Below, in pieces: positions 51,691 to 64,000 of a stretch of DNA of 64,000 nt. The stretch covers positions 22,010,001 through 22,074,000 of the forward strand of contig OZ024764.1 of NCBI GenBank assembly GCA_964016885.1, written 5' to 3'. The stretch comes from Eledone cirrhosa. Its lineage: Eukaryota. The notes under the pieces are model-generated. The model saw only the letters and a list, made by a program, of their open reading frames with translations, had not been told where the DNA came from and did not search any database. Position 1 is the stretch's first letter; each line of letters opens with the position of its first letter. Both the position numbers and the translations under genes were made by a program.

Positions 51691-53574
51691 ATGTCGAAAA
51701 ATATAGTAAAATCACCATCCCACTGTGATAACTGTGGTAAATCATTCTCTAAAAATAATGAATTAACTAGACACAAACTAAATCATACGGAAGAGTTGCC
51801 ATATCACTGTGATATCTGTGGTAAATCATTTTCTCAAACTTATACCTTAACTATTCATAAGTGTATTGGTACAGGAGAGAAGCCATATCACTGTGGTATC
51901 TGTAGTAAATCATTCTCTTACAGAATTAGCTTTGTTAAACACCAACGTATTCATACAGAAGAGAAGCCATATCAGTGTGATATCTGTGGTAAATCATTCT
52001 CTCGTAGTAATCACCTAACTAATCACAGACGTATTCATACAGGAGAGAAGCCATATCAATGTGATATCTGTGATAAATCATTCAGTGACAGTAGTAGCTT
52101 CAGAGTTCACAAACAAATTCATACAGGAGAGAAGCCACATCACTGTGACATCTGTGGTAAATCATTCAGTCACAAAAATACCTTAACTACCCACATACGT
52201 ATTCATACAGGAGAGAATCCATATCACTGTGACATCTGTAGTAAATCATTCCCTGGCAGAAGTAGCTTCCTTAAACACCAACGTGTTCATACAGGAGAGA
52301 AGCCATATCAATGTGATATCTGTGATAAATCATTCAGTGACAGTAGTAGCGTCAGAGTTCACAAACGTATTCATACAGGAGAGAAGCCATATCACTGTGA
52401 CATCTGTGGTAAATCATTCAGTCACAATAATACCTTAACTAATCACAAACGTATTCATACAGGAGAGAAACCATATCACTGTGATATCTGTGGTAAAACG
52501 TTCTCTAAATATAATCACCTAACTACTCACAAACGTATTCATACAGGAGAGAAGCCATATCACTGTGATATCTGTGGTAAATCATTCAGTCACAGTAGTA
52601 GCGTCAGAGTTCACAAACAAATTCATACAGGAGAGAAGCCACATCACTGTGACATCTGTGGTAAATCATTCAGTCACAAAAATACCTTAACTACCCACAT
52701 ACGTATTCATACAGGAGAGAATCCATATCACTGTGACATCTGTAGTAAATCATTCCCTGGCAGAAGTAGCTTCCTTAAACACCAACGTGTTCATACAGGA
52801 GAGAAGCCATATCAATGTGATATCTGTGATAAATCATTCAGTGACAGTAGTAGCGTCAGAGTTCACAAACGTATTCATACAGGAGAGAAGCCATATCACT
52901 GTGACATCTGTGGTAAATCATTCAGTCACAATAATACCTTAACTAATCACAAACGTATTCATACAGGAGAGAAACCATATCACTGTGATATCTGTGGTAA
53001 AACGTTCTCTAAATATAATCACCTAACTACTCACAAACGTATTCATACAGGAGAGAAGCCATATCACTGTGATATCTGTGGTAAATCATTCAGTCACAGT
53101 AGTAGCGTCAGAGTTCACAAACAAATTCATACAGGAGAGAAGCCACATCACTGTGACATCTGTGGTAAATCATTCAGTCACAAAAATACCTTAACTACCC
53201 ACATACGTATTCATACAGGAGAGAATCCATATCACTGTGACATCTGTAGTAAATCATTCCCTGGCAGAAGTAGCTTCCTTAAACACCAACGTGTTCATAC
53301 AGGAGAGAAGCCATATCAATGTGATATCTGTGATAAATCATTCAGTGACAGTAGTAGCGTCAGAGTTCACAAACGTATTCATACAGGAGAGAAGCCATAT
53401 CACTGTGACATCTGTGGTAAATCATTCAGTCACAATAATACCTTAACTACTCACAAACGTATTCATACAGGAGAGAAGCCATATCACTGTGATATCTGTG
53501 GTAAATCATTCAGTCACAGTAGTAGCGTCAGAGTTCACAAACAAATTCATACAGGAGAGAAGCTATATCATTGA
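51691..53574 (+). CDS. C2H2 zinc-finger protein ZF4, 22 in-frame fingers (finger 2 degenerate)
   Basis: 627-aa ORF with internal 504-bp repeats. Confidence 0.9.
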   Translation: MSKNIVKSPSHCDNCGKSFSKNNELTRHKLNHTEELPYHCDICGKSFSQTYTLTIHKCIGTGEKPYHCGICSKSFSYRISFVKHQRIHTEEKPYQCDICGKSFSRSNHLTNHRRIHTGEKPYQCDICDKSFSDSSSFRVHKQIHTGEKPHHCDICGKSFSHKNTLTTHIRIHTGENPYHCDICSKSFPGRSSFLKHQRVHTGEKPYQCDICDKSFSDSSSVRVHKRIHTGEKPYHCDICGKSFSHNNTLTNHKRIHTGEKPYHCDICGKTFSKYNHLTTHKRIHTGEKPYHCDICGKSFSHSSSVRVHKQIHTGEKPHHCDICGKSFSHKNTLTTHIRIHTGENPYHCDICSKSFPGRSSFLKHQRVHTGEKPYQCDICDKSFSDSSSVRVHKRIHTGEKPYHCDICGKSFSHNNTLTNHKRIHTGEKPYHCDICGKTFSKYNHLTTHKRIHTGEKPYHCDICGKSFSHSSSVRVHKQIHTGEKPHHCDICGKSFSHKNTLTTHIRIHTGENPYHCDICSKSFPGRSSFLKHQRVHTGEKPYQCDICDKSFSDSSSVRVHKRIHTGEKPYHCDICGKSFSHNNTLTTHKRIHTGEKPYHCDICGKSFSHSSSVRVHKQIHTGEKLYH

Positions 53575-53728
53575 CATCTGTAGTAAATCATTCAGTCACA
53601 GAAATACCTTAACTACCCACAAACGTACTCATACAGGAGAGAAGCCATATCACTGTGACATCTGTGGTAAATCATTCTCTCAAAGTGGTAACTTAACCAA
53701 GCATGTGCGTATTCATACAGAAGTTTAG
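53572..53728 (+). pseudogene. Out-of-frame fingers 23-24 of ZF4
   Basis: CACTGTGAC became CATTGAC (net 2-bp loss); the shifted frame ends with the paralogous IHTEV stop. Confidence 0.85.
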
Positions 53729-54357
53729 CTGTATCAATATCAAACTCATTACATCATACTACAACAACAACAAAAAATGTGTAGATCCATCATCCTGGCT
53801 TAAACTGGGGTCAACCTTGTAGGTTTACCTATGACAGGGATCATAAACACCAGGTTTCTATTTTTGAAGCAGTGTTTGAAGATTTTGTGTAAATTGAAGT
53901 TTTTCACATTAAACTTTGATTTATTATACTTTAACAGGTAAGATATATATTTGTATTTTTAGTAAAGGTTGGGAACTTCTGTAATTTAAACCTGCCAATA
54001 AAATGAAAACTTTTGTTGTTAGTCAGACATTGATATTAATTCTATTGTCCTGTACATTGTCACAAATATCACAGATTAAACAGATTTTAACAATAACAAC
54101 AGAAATCAATAACTTGTAAGCCTAATATCTAGCTTCCATTTTAACTCTTTGATATTGTTGTTCCCCTCCTGTCTCTTCAGGTCTTTTAGAGTTCAACTTC
54201 TATCTACTGTACTATTCCATCACCAAGGCAACATTCATCTGGCTGGCAGCTTACATCAACTACAGATCTCATCAGTGGTTCACAACAGGCTGTCTGAAAG
54301 AAACTTGCAGATATCTTCTATGTCATAGCTATCAATCTCCTCCTCCTTATCATATGT

Positions 54358-55078
54358 ACCACTCTCACAGTCCCTCTAGATCTTATATTTAAGAGGGAGA
54401 TCTTTTACTGTCCCTACCCTTTTCTCTAGGTTGTCTTGTACCTCTCTCATAGTCCCTCTAGATCTTATATTTAACAGGGAGATCTTTTACTGTCCCTACC
54501 CTTTTCTCTAGGTATCCCTCTAGATCTTATATTTAACAGGGAGATCTTTTACTATCCCTACCCTTTTCTCTAGGTATAACTCTAGATCTTATATTTAACA
54601 GGGAGATCTTTTACTGTCCCTACCCTTTTCTCTAGATTGTCTTGTATCTCTTTCACAGTATTTCTAGATCTTATATTTAACAGGGAGATCTTTTACTAGC
54701 CCTAAAATTTTCTCAAGGTTTTCTTTTACCTCTCTCACAGTCCCTCTAGATCTTATATTTAACAGGGAGCTCTTTTACTGTCCCTACCCTTTTCTCTAGG
54801 TTGTCTTATACCACTCTCACAGTACCTCTAGATCTTATATTTAACAGGGAGATCTTTTACTAGCCCTACCCTTTTCTCTAGGTTGTCTTGTACCTTTCTC
54901 ACAGTCCCTCTAGATCTTATATTTAACAAGGAGATCTTTTACTCTCCAACCCTTTTCTCTAGGTCGTCTTGTACCTCCCTCACAATCCCTGTAGATCTTA
55001 TATTTAACAGGGAGATCTTTTACTCTCCAACCCTTCTTTCTCCAGATAGTCTTGTATCTGTCAGTCCCTCTAGATATT
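54358..55078 (-). repeat. 82-bp minisatellite (about 9 units)
   Basis: Reverse complement of the unit; shares variants with 32103-33070. Confidence 0.92.
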
Positions 55079-55859
55079 ACACCTAGTATCTAGTCTATGT
55101 TGAGTGGTACGTCCTTCTCCAGTAAAGGAGTTAATATTCCCAACCATCTGTCTATCCTGTTTTCTGATGAGAATGAAGTCAATCTAGTTTATCTCTTCAC
55201 CTGATTGAAGTAACTAGATCAAGTAACTAGATGTTTTCCTGTAAGTTAGTGTTGCAGTGTTTGTGTCACCATGTAAGGTTTATATCTATTAATATAGAGA
55301 TGTAGTAAAGTTTTCACTGTTGTATCTCTATTTTCTAAATATCTTAATGTTTCTCTACTATTTCAGAATATCACATGACCTTGACAGAAAAGAATCTTTT
55401 AAAGACAACAGAAAGATGTTACATACAAGTGATATAAACTTGTTTAGTCTGTGGTGAATTAGGGTGAAATATTTCTTCTGAATTGAGATAAATAACAACA
55501 TATTCCTTTTTCACTGTCTGGAATATTTACAAGATGATTTTACATTCTGATTAAACTTTGGATATTTACAAAGGAGTTTTAAAAATATTTGGATATTGAC
55601 AAAGATCACATTTGGTAAAATTATGAACAATAGAAATATTTACATCAACATAGGAATATTTTTCAGAAGAGATGGGAAAATCATATACCACTAATATTTG
55701 TGGTAAAGTATTCTCTCTTCTTTATATGTAGAACATCTAACTAAACACTTTAACTAACAAACTATTGTGCTATAGAATTGACAAACTTGAACAATGCTTA
55801 ATAAATGTTACAGATTTCTCCAAACTGTCGTTTACTAACTTTAATTTGAAGCTATATTA

Positions 55860-56254
55860 TCTATATACTACTAAAACTCTGTGATTGTGTCTTGTCTGTA
55901 ATGTAATACAGCTAAAACAGTGCATAATGGGGAAATACTTTGAAAAGAATAAAACAAGTTTTGTATAAAATGGAGCACAGGTTCCCAAGATACGGGGTTT
56001 TCTGGGTACCTTCATAAATATAGGGAGAGAAAGAGATAGTGGTTGTGAGAGTGAGGAGACAGATGGAAGAGAGAGAGAGAGAGAGCTGCTGGTGTTGTTT
56101 AATAAAATGTGTGCGTATATATATATACATATGTGTCTATATATATATATATATGTCTGTATATTTTAACTACTTGAAAATTATTTTTAAGTGAACATGA
56201 TTTTAAAATAATAGTTTTAAGGGAACGTGACCCAACAGGTCGCGGGTGGTCTAG
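55860..56254 (+). mobile_element. Non-autonomous Helitron-like element
   Basis: A^TCTATA...CGTGACCcaacaGGTCGCG...CTAG^T. Confidence 0.75.
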
Positions 56255-56656
56255 TTTGTTACTAAATACTAGATATTAGAGGGTCATGTTGTTCTAGATG
56301 TGCTGGAAGAGCCATTCCATCTCGTGAGGTTCACACCAGCAGCTAGCCACCTCAGCACCTATGGTGGTATATTTATTATATTATTTATTCTTTATCATTA
56401 ACATTAATATAAAAGATAATTATATATTTTTAGAGAAGAACCTCTAACTTCATATAGCTTAGGGCTTCAGTAGGTAAAAGTCTGGCCCTGCTTGTCTTGT
56501 ATTTTTTAGGGGAGAAGTTAGGGAATACTGTTATTGTGTGAAAGTTTTCTAAATCTTCAGCCACTAACATGGAGAAGATATTTCAGTAAGAAGGTTCACA
56601 TCCTGACATCTATAGCTGTTAACAATGAGATTGGAATTCATTATAAAACAAATGTT

Positions 56657-57325
56657 ATATCATCATCACTGTTTAACATCAGTATTTTCACACTGGCATG
56701 GGTTAGACGAGTTATCTTGTTGTAAGCAAGGCCAGGTCAGGTGACCACGTCTTGCTCCTACAGAACCAATTTTGGTTTGGTTTCTACAGCTGGATGCCCT
56801 TCCTAGCACCAACCTTATTTACATTGAGTACTGGGTGATTTTTACTATCTCACCAACTCGACCACTTCACAGTGTGGGCTGGGTACTTTTTTCCTTTTTG
56901 TCATGGCACCTACATGACCACTTTACAGTGAGTATTGGGTACTTTTTATCGTGACACCTATGTGACCACTTTACAGGGTGGACTGTGTACTTTTTGCCAT
57001 GACACCAATGTGACCACTTTACAATGTGGATTGGGTACTTTTTGTCGTGACACCTACATGACCACTTTACAATGTGGAATGGGTACTTTTTGTTGTGACA
57101 CCTACATGACCACTTTACAGTGTGGATTGGGTACTTTTTGTCGTGACACCTACATGACCACTTTACAGTGTGGATTGGGTACTTTTTGTCGTGACACCTA
57201 CATGACCACTTTACAATGTGGAATGGGTACTTTTTGTTGTGACACCTACATGACCACTTTACAGTGTGGATTGGGTACTTTTTGTCATGACACCTACACA
57301 ACCTCTTTACAGTGTTGGCAGTGAA
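56657..57325 (-). repeat. SINE with 48-bp minisatellite
   Basis: 16-aa periodicity CRCHDKKYPIHTVKWS; SINE tail at 56657-56830. Confidence 0.88.
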
Positions 57326-57396
57326 ATCTAATGCGCCAGCTTCAGTAATCAGAAGATACATATACACACACACAAACAGAAATATATATATATATT

Positions 57397-59460
57397 CAGT
57401 TGTACCTTGATTTACAAGTGTCCCAACTAATAAGTTTTTCGAGATACGAGCCCTCTTTCGGCTGATTTTTTGCGTTGAGTTCCAGAGTAAAATTCAGGTT
57501 ACGAGTCAGCTTCAGATGCCCCGCCACTAGTTGGCATAGTGACCGCCACAGGCAATACCGTAACACCCGCCCGGCATCCCATGGCTTCGAAGAAAGTGAG
57601 GGCGAAGAACACTTCTGAGAAGAAGAAGCAGATGATGTGTATTGAATTAAAGAAAGAAATTATAGAAAAACATGACCAAGGTGTGTGTGTAGTGGACTTG
57701 GTGAAGTAGTACGAGCGTAGCACTTCTACGATATGTACCATACTGAAGTAGAAGGACATGATAAAGGCTATAACCCCAGCTAAGGGGGGTAAAATAATTT
57801 CTAAATAGCGGACATCTATCCATGAAAATATGGAAAAGCTGCTGATGGTGTGGTTGACGGAGAAGCAGCTCGCAAGAGATACTGTGATGAAGATTATAAT
57901 ATGTGAGAAGGCACGAGCTATTTACGCTGATTTGCTGCAGCAGACCCCAGGTACTTCTACGGACGAGGCATCGGCAAGCCCTTTAATGCCAGTCGGGGTT
58001 GGTTTGAGAATTTTAAAAAGAGGACCGGCATTCACTCCGTTGTCAGGCATGGTGAGGCAGCGAGCGCGGATATGAAGGCAGCTGAGGATTACCTCAAAAC
58101 CTTTGCCGGAATTATAGCAGCCAAAGGATACATCCCTCAGCAAGTCTTTAACTGTGATGAAACAGGACTTTTTGGGAAGAAGATGCCAAGGAGGACTTAT
58201 ATAACGGCAGAGGAGAAGAGGATGCCTGGCCACAAACCCATGAAGGATAGGCTAACCCTCGCACTGTGCCACTGAGCGGCGAGTGTAAGATTAAGTCGCT
58301 GCTCGTTTATCATTCAGAAAACTCCAGAACCTTTAAGTCACATAAGATTCTGTAAGAAAAACTGCAGGTTATGTGGAGGGCAAACCCGAGGTCATGGGTC
58401 ACCAGGCAGTTCTTTGTGGAGTGGGTGAATTTGGTCTTTGGTCCTGACGTTAAAAAATATCTCCAGGAAAATAACCTACCCCTGTAAACCCTTCTTGTCC
58501 TAGACAGTGCAACTGCTCATCCACCTAACCTCGAAGAGTTCAAGTTTATAAAGGTCCTCTACCTTCCTCCAAACACCACCCTAACCTACAGACCAAGGAC
58601 CAGCAGGTACTTTCTAATTTCAAGAAGCTCTTCACCAAGCACCTGTTCAGTCGCTGCTTTGAAGTGACGGAGAGCACAAACTTCACCCTTGAGAGGTCTG
58701 GAAGGACCATTATAACATCGTGATATGCCTCAGAATTATCGATATGACCTGGCAGGGTCTTACAAAGAGAACCTTGACCTCTACATGGAAGAAGCTGTGG
58801 CCTGAGGTTGTGTCTAAAACAGACTTTGAAAGACTCGAACCCGAAGCGACAGTGGTGGAGGAGATTGTACCCCTCGGTAAGTCCATGGGCCTGGACATGG
58901 ATGAAGGTGACATCAACGAGCTCATCAAGGAGCACTCTGAGGAAATGACAACGAAGGAATTAAAGGAGCTACAGACACAGCAACACACGGGGTTTTTGCA
59001 GGAAATAGGTGACACAGAGGAGGTTATCTCAACAAGTGAGATGAAACAAACCTTATTAGACAGGTTTTTATCGAAAATCCCTGCAGATAAGTGAGGAAAG
59101 TGTGGCGAAAAGGGCAAAAATCAGCGAATAAGATTCAGTTATTCAGTTCATCCTTTCTCCTCCGTCAACATCCTCAAGTCGTCTGATCTCCAAGATAGAT
59201 GCTGTACATTATACTTAATAAAACCAGTTTATTGTAGTACATTCTATTGTATTGTTTTTTATATACAATATTTATTATTTATAAGTACATTTGTCTTATT
59301 TAAAAACACGTAACAAAACAAACTGTGGTTTTGTGGGGTCTGGAACGGATTAATGGCATTTTAATTTATTTCAGTGGGGAAAATTGATTTGAAATACGAG
59401 TAATTTAAGTTACGAGGTCCTCCACGGAACAAATTAAACTCATAAGTCAAGGTACCACAG
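57397..59460 (+). mobile_element. Decayed Tigger/pogo transposon
   Basis: Inverted paralog of 26509-28536; TIRs at both ends. Confidence 0.92.
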
Positions 59461-59489
59461 TGTGTGTATATATATATATATATGAAGGA

Positions 59490-59654
59490 ACGATCGACTT
59501 TCGTCAAATCGGACCGAGGAAGCAATGTTTCCATTGGTCTTTCCAATTGCTAGTACTATCGGTCGCAACTCCAGGTAGAAGGAACAACGTGAAATAAAGT
59601 GTCTTGCTCAAGGTCATAACGCATCGCCTGGTCCAGGAATCGAACTCACAACCT

Positions 59655-59655
<1 letters not shown>
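59490..59655 (-). mobile_element. tRNA-derived SINE
   Basis: Same family as 11425-11630. Confidence 0.65.
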
Positions 59656-59702
<47 letters not shown>

Positions 59703-60399
59703 GAAGAATATAGAAATTATTGTAGCAAAAAGCCAACAGTATTCCATTATATATATGTATATATAGTATAAAAGAGAAAACACAGGTAAGCATTAAGAGA
59801 AGGATTTTATCCAGGTATTTACGACCGTTTCATTGGTAAGTGCAACCTTATATTTCTATCCTGCAAATAGCAGCCACTCAATTATAATTGTTGTTCACAG
59901 TCCAAATTTTCAAAATATTAAGTTACTCTTGAAATAATTCTTAATATATAGAGAAAAACATTTATTTGGAATTGTATTTACTAGTATAGAGAGAGAGGAA
60001 TCAGAAGGTGAGGGGACAGACGGAATAGTATAGAGAGAGAGGAAGGGGGAAGAGGTAGGAAGTAGAGTGACAAACTGAGATGGAGGGAGGGGTAGTGCTG
60101 GAAGGATTCTTTGGTCAGCTTTGACAGCAGACTTCATGTCGTGGAATGTAGTGAGTTAAAGAGAATTAAATTGATCATTTTTGGAGGGATGGATATATAT
60201 ATATAGTTAAATATTAGACAGGAACAAAAAACAGAGGCAGTGCAAATGGTAGTTTATACCGAGAGAGAGACAGACAAACACATCTATACCCCTACTACAG
60301 TAAAACATAAAACATATATAAGGGGAGACAACTCTCGTTACATCCCCCCTTCTTTTTGATATACGTCCTTTAAGTACTTTGTTCAATGGAACCTGCTTT

Positions 60400-60904
60400 A
60401 TTTTGTGTCCTAAGTAGATTTCTGTTTAAGTATTTACGAGATTCACAATGATTCACGTAACCAAGGTACTTACATAGAGATATATTTCACATAGAATCAC
60501 AACAAATGAAAATATTAAGTCAACACTCTGTCAATCAGTCTCACATCACATGGGGTGCCGGAGTCTCCCTCTAATACTTTCTGAGACAGTCTTACCTCGA
60601 GTGATAGCAAGGCTAAGATGTTGGAACTACCAAACACCCTCATATGTATCACCTGACACCTCGGTAAGGAGAGCTGCCAACGATAACAAGAACCTCGTTG
60701 TCAGGGACCTATCTCCTCCAAACTTCTCCAACACCACAGACTAGAATATTCTACTCTTTATTCCCTATCAAATATATTTCAGTCTAGTCATTTGTCTTGT
60801 ATCTTGTATATGTATTTTGAAAACTAACTGTCACATTTGTCAGGGTACTTAGTTGTTCCGGCAAATTATCCTCCATATGACCCAATCTTACCGAGATACC
60901 CGGT
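60400..60904. mobile_element. CRE-like fragments
   Basis: Inverted paralog of 25087-25810. Confidence 0.65.
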
Positions 60905-61190
60905 AAGAATGTCTGAGGAAAGAAACACTGGATAGATTTTACAGGCTAAACTAACCGGCAGGAGACCCAGGGTAGACCTGAGCAAGATGGTCACATAACA
61001 TCCATGAGCTTGGCTGGTCTCTCTGGGAGATCCAGCCAGACCAGTTGGAGTGGGTTGCTTCTGACAGGACCTGTTGGAGGGAGTGTTTGAGGACTCTGCC
61101 CCCAAGACCCTCTCTGGAATGACTGGATTAATAAGAAGAGGTTGAGGTTACATAATCAACATCAGATTTCCCTGCTAGCAAGGGTTTAAT
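60905..61190 (+). mobile_element. RTE 3' fragment
   Basis: Inverted paralog of 14925-15205. Confidence 0.7.
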
Positions 61191-61424
61191 GAGTCTACTT
61201 CAACCAAGTAAGTACTGAAGTGAGGCTACTGATCTCCCAGACAGACCAAGGATCTGAGACTTATTTACATAAGGTCTCATTTGCTACTGAGTGCACAGAA
61301 AAGGTTGTCATGTCTTTGTCATGATTGAAGAGTTCTCCGACACTATTGTCAGGCAAGCTTTCTATGGCCAGATGTCCTTCACATGACCAACCACATTACA
61401 GCCTGTGTTGGGTGTGTTTATCAT

Positions 61425-63770
61425 GAGGCATAACAAACTGAGGGTTCCCCAAGGGCCACATAGGTCACACAGTTGTCTGAGGGTTGCACACTACAACTAA
61501 TTATGTACATTACAACTAATTATTCATTTAATAAAATATATTGCAGAAAGATTTGTTACTTAAATTTAGAAACATACAATGTACATACAAATGTTTTAGC
61601 AGCATTCATGAATACAAAGTAATGAAGTAGTTTGACAAAAAACTAAAATTTCACATGTCAACATATACTTGCAGATTGTAACAGCAACAAATACATTGTA
61701 CACAAATAACAACAGTTCAAAACTGAACATTTATTTGCTACTATTCAACCATTTTTAGTGTTTTGTCCTGAGGCTTGACACTTCTTTCTGTTGACAATTT
61801 TTGGTATGTCTGGCTGAAATGTCTGTACAGTTCCAACTTTAATCAGATGACAAGTGTTGATCAGTCAGCCTTGTTCTCTGAGAAGTTTTTGTTAATTTAT
61901 TAAGGAAAATAACTGTCCACTCACATAGGTAGAACCAAACATTGCCATAATCTTTGTGACAAACTTTCTGATGTTAATAAACTTTTCAGGAAGGTATGAA
62001 AAGAAACCAGGTATCCCCACTACAAGATACTTTGTTCTGAGTGTAGAATCTGACTGCATTTCCAATAGTTCCATCTGCAGGCATTCTTCTGCCTTCATCA
62101 AAGGTGAATGGTGCTGAGAATAATGTAAACTGATGTTCAAAAAATGAGAAATCACAAAATCTTTCTTGAAATTTCTTTAACAACAATTCCAGGTGACTGT
62201 CATACTTAGCTAAGCTAAATACAGACTCAGTATTGGCAGTGTTTTTCAGCTCTTTGCACATAGGGAAATGAACTAAATTTTCAGCTGACAACGGAGATTT
62301 CCATAAGCTTAGTTTTCTAATGAAGCACTTGATGTCATCATTCAACTGATTGATGGGTTTGTTTTAACCTTGTACTTTCAAATTAAGATCAGTTAATTGT
62401 GCAGTAATATCCACAGCAAAAATCAGGTGTTGGAGCCAACCTTCATCTTTTATTTCATCTGTGTTTTGACCTTTCACCTCCAAAAACATAATTATTTCAA
62501 CAAATAGAATCTTTTCAGCACTTTGTGACATGTCAACCAGCAGACTTCTGTGTAGAATGGAACATCGGTGAACTGATTATCCATATCTTCCAACAACTGG
62601 CTGAACTGACGGTGGTTGAGAGCACGGCCTCTGATTTAGTTCACTGTCTTTGTGACCAAGCTAAGCACATGATGCAATTTTAAAATCTTTGAACATAAAT
62701 TTTGCTGATGAATAATACAGTGAAAATGTGCAAATGATGAATCTAGATATGAGGTTTCTATTTTTGTTTGTAACTTGGCAGCAACACCATTATGCCTACC
62801 AACCATATTTGCAGCACTGTCAGTAGATAAACATACAAGTTTACTCAGATCAAAACCATGCAGACCCTGCTTGACCTTCTCAAAGATGTCCTGGCTTGTT
62901 ATATTGTCATGCATGGGAACCAGTTCAATCAGTTCTTCATAAATATTAAATTCACTGTCACAGGCCCTGATGAAGAATGCAAGTGATGTCAACAGTCTCT
63001 TCAATAGCAATAGAAACATGTTCAAACCTTGTTGATACAGCTTTTAACTGTTGTTTCAGATCACCTGACATTTCATTAATCTGTTCAGCAACAGTGTTCC
63101 TGGTTAATGAAATGTCTTTGAATAACTCTGCTTTCTCTGGACAATTTCAGCTGTTTTTACAAGACATTGCTTTACAAAATCTCCTTCACTCTAAGATTTC
63201 CCACTCATGGCAATCATTCGACTGAGTTCATAGCTTGCAGTAACAGAAGTGACATTCTCTTCCTGAATTAACATAAAACAGGTCTGTTGCTGTGTCAAGT
63301 TAACCTTCAATTACTTGAGTCTTGAAACACACATTGGGGCTTCATATTTATCGTAAGATCGAGGGTTTGTTTCATAATGTCTTTTTAAATTGTACTCTTT
63401 TGGCGTGGCGATGTAGTTGTTGCAAATGAAACAGTGTATCTTTCTGTTCACCATTGGGCAAAAATACTGTAATTCCCACTTTTCTTGAAACACTTGCCCT
63501 TCTTCGTTCAATTTCCTTTTTCTCTTAGCTGGAGGAGCACTAACCATTTCAAAAACAAAAACTTTTGAAATTTTGAAAGAAAGTTTTCTGTTAATGAACT
63601 GCACGTGATTAATGGAAGTTAAAAGTAGTTGACAAAAATTGCACAAAAAAAACAATTGTATCGAAAAATTTTTAAATTTTATATTACGAAAATGAAACAT
63701 GTTCCCACTGTAAAAACCTTTGTGTGGGCCGCAGGTTTGCTTGCAAAGGGCCGCATGTTTGACATGTCTG
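61425..63770 (-). mobile_element. Decayed hAT (Charlie/SPIN-like) transposon
   Basis: Inverted paralog of 12637-14678; retains the AMFGSTYVSGQLFS dimerisation segment; TIR CAGACATGTCAAACATGCGGCCC. Confidence 0.9.
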
Positions 63771-64000
63771 ATGTAGGTTACCAACACGAGGGAGTGCAGC
63801 ATGTCCTTCAATGTCTTCTGCTACATTAACTACCAGGAGGTCACCACATGACACAGAGATTACATTTCAAAGAAGGGTCACAAAAGAACTAAATACAAAA
63901 GTACCCACAATTCAGCAAAAAGCAAATAATTGAGCTTTGGGTCTAGGTTAAGGGGGCAGAAGTGCTGTGCCCTGTGGACAAGACTACAAAAGTATCCCCC

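Noticed and set aside
52229-53446. MTSVVNHS... ORFs
   Set aside because: Alternative-frame shadows of ZF repeats
56867-57373. Cys/His-rich repeat ORF (CRCHDKKYPIH) as a metal-binding protein
   Set aside because: It is a translation of a 48-bp SINE-derived array that is open only because the unit is a multiple of 3
57580-59094. TIGD1-like host gene
   Set aside because: Fragmented ORFs within TIRs; a dead Tigger

Overview
Eukaryotic, AT-rich, repeat-dense DNA. It is most likely a coleoid cephalopod (octopus-like), inferred from the effector-less HCDICGKSF...HTGEKPY zinc-finger genes and the SINE types. The window holds four paralogous C2H2 zinc-finger genes, each with its coding sequence in one exon: 8, 9 and 16 fingers on the minus strand, and a 24-finger gene on the plus strand whose last 2 fingers are frameshifted. 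Each gene sits in a roughly 15-kb segmental-duplication unit. Three units are in tandem (about 1-38 kb). The fourth (about 45.2-64 kb) is an inverted arm, giving a large imperfect palindrome around a unique 6.3-kb spacer that is rich in near-perfect inverted repeats. Each unit has a likely non-coding first exon with NRF1-like, ETS and E-box motifs, a TE-filled intron and a poly(A) signal, but ZF3 has lost its in-line promoter. Decayed TEs fill the rest: RTE, CR1, L1/Tx1 and CRE-like retroelements, SINEs, Helitron-like elements, hAT and Tigger transposons and MITEs. The most notable observations are (i) finger-block amplification and helix-focused divergence, (ii) five minisatellite families that each arose inside a retroelement, (iii) a recently active RTE-SINE chimera, and (iv) clean loss of a whole ZF gene from the inverted arm. 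All alignments were read by eye, and boundaries of old TEs are approximate.
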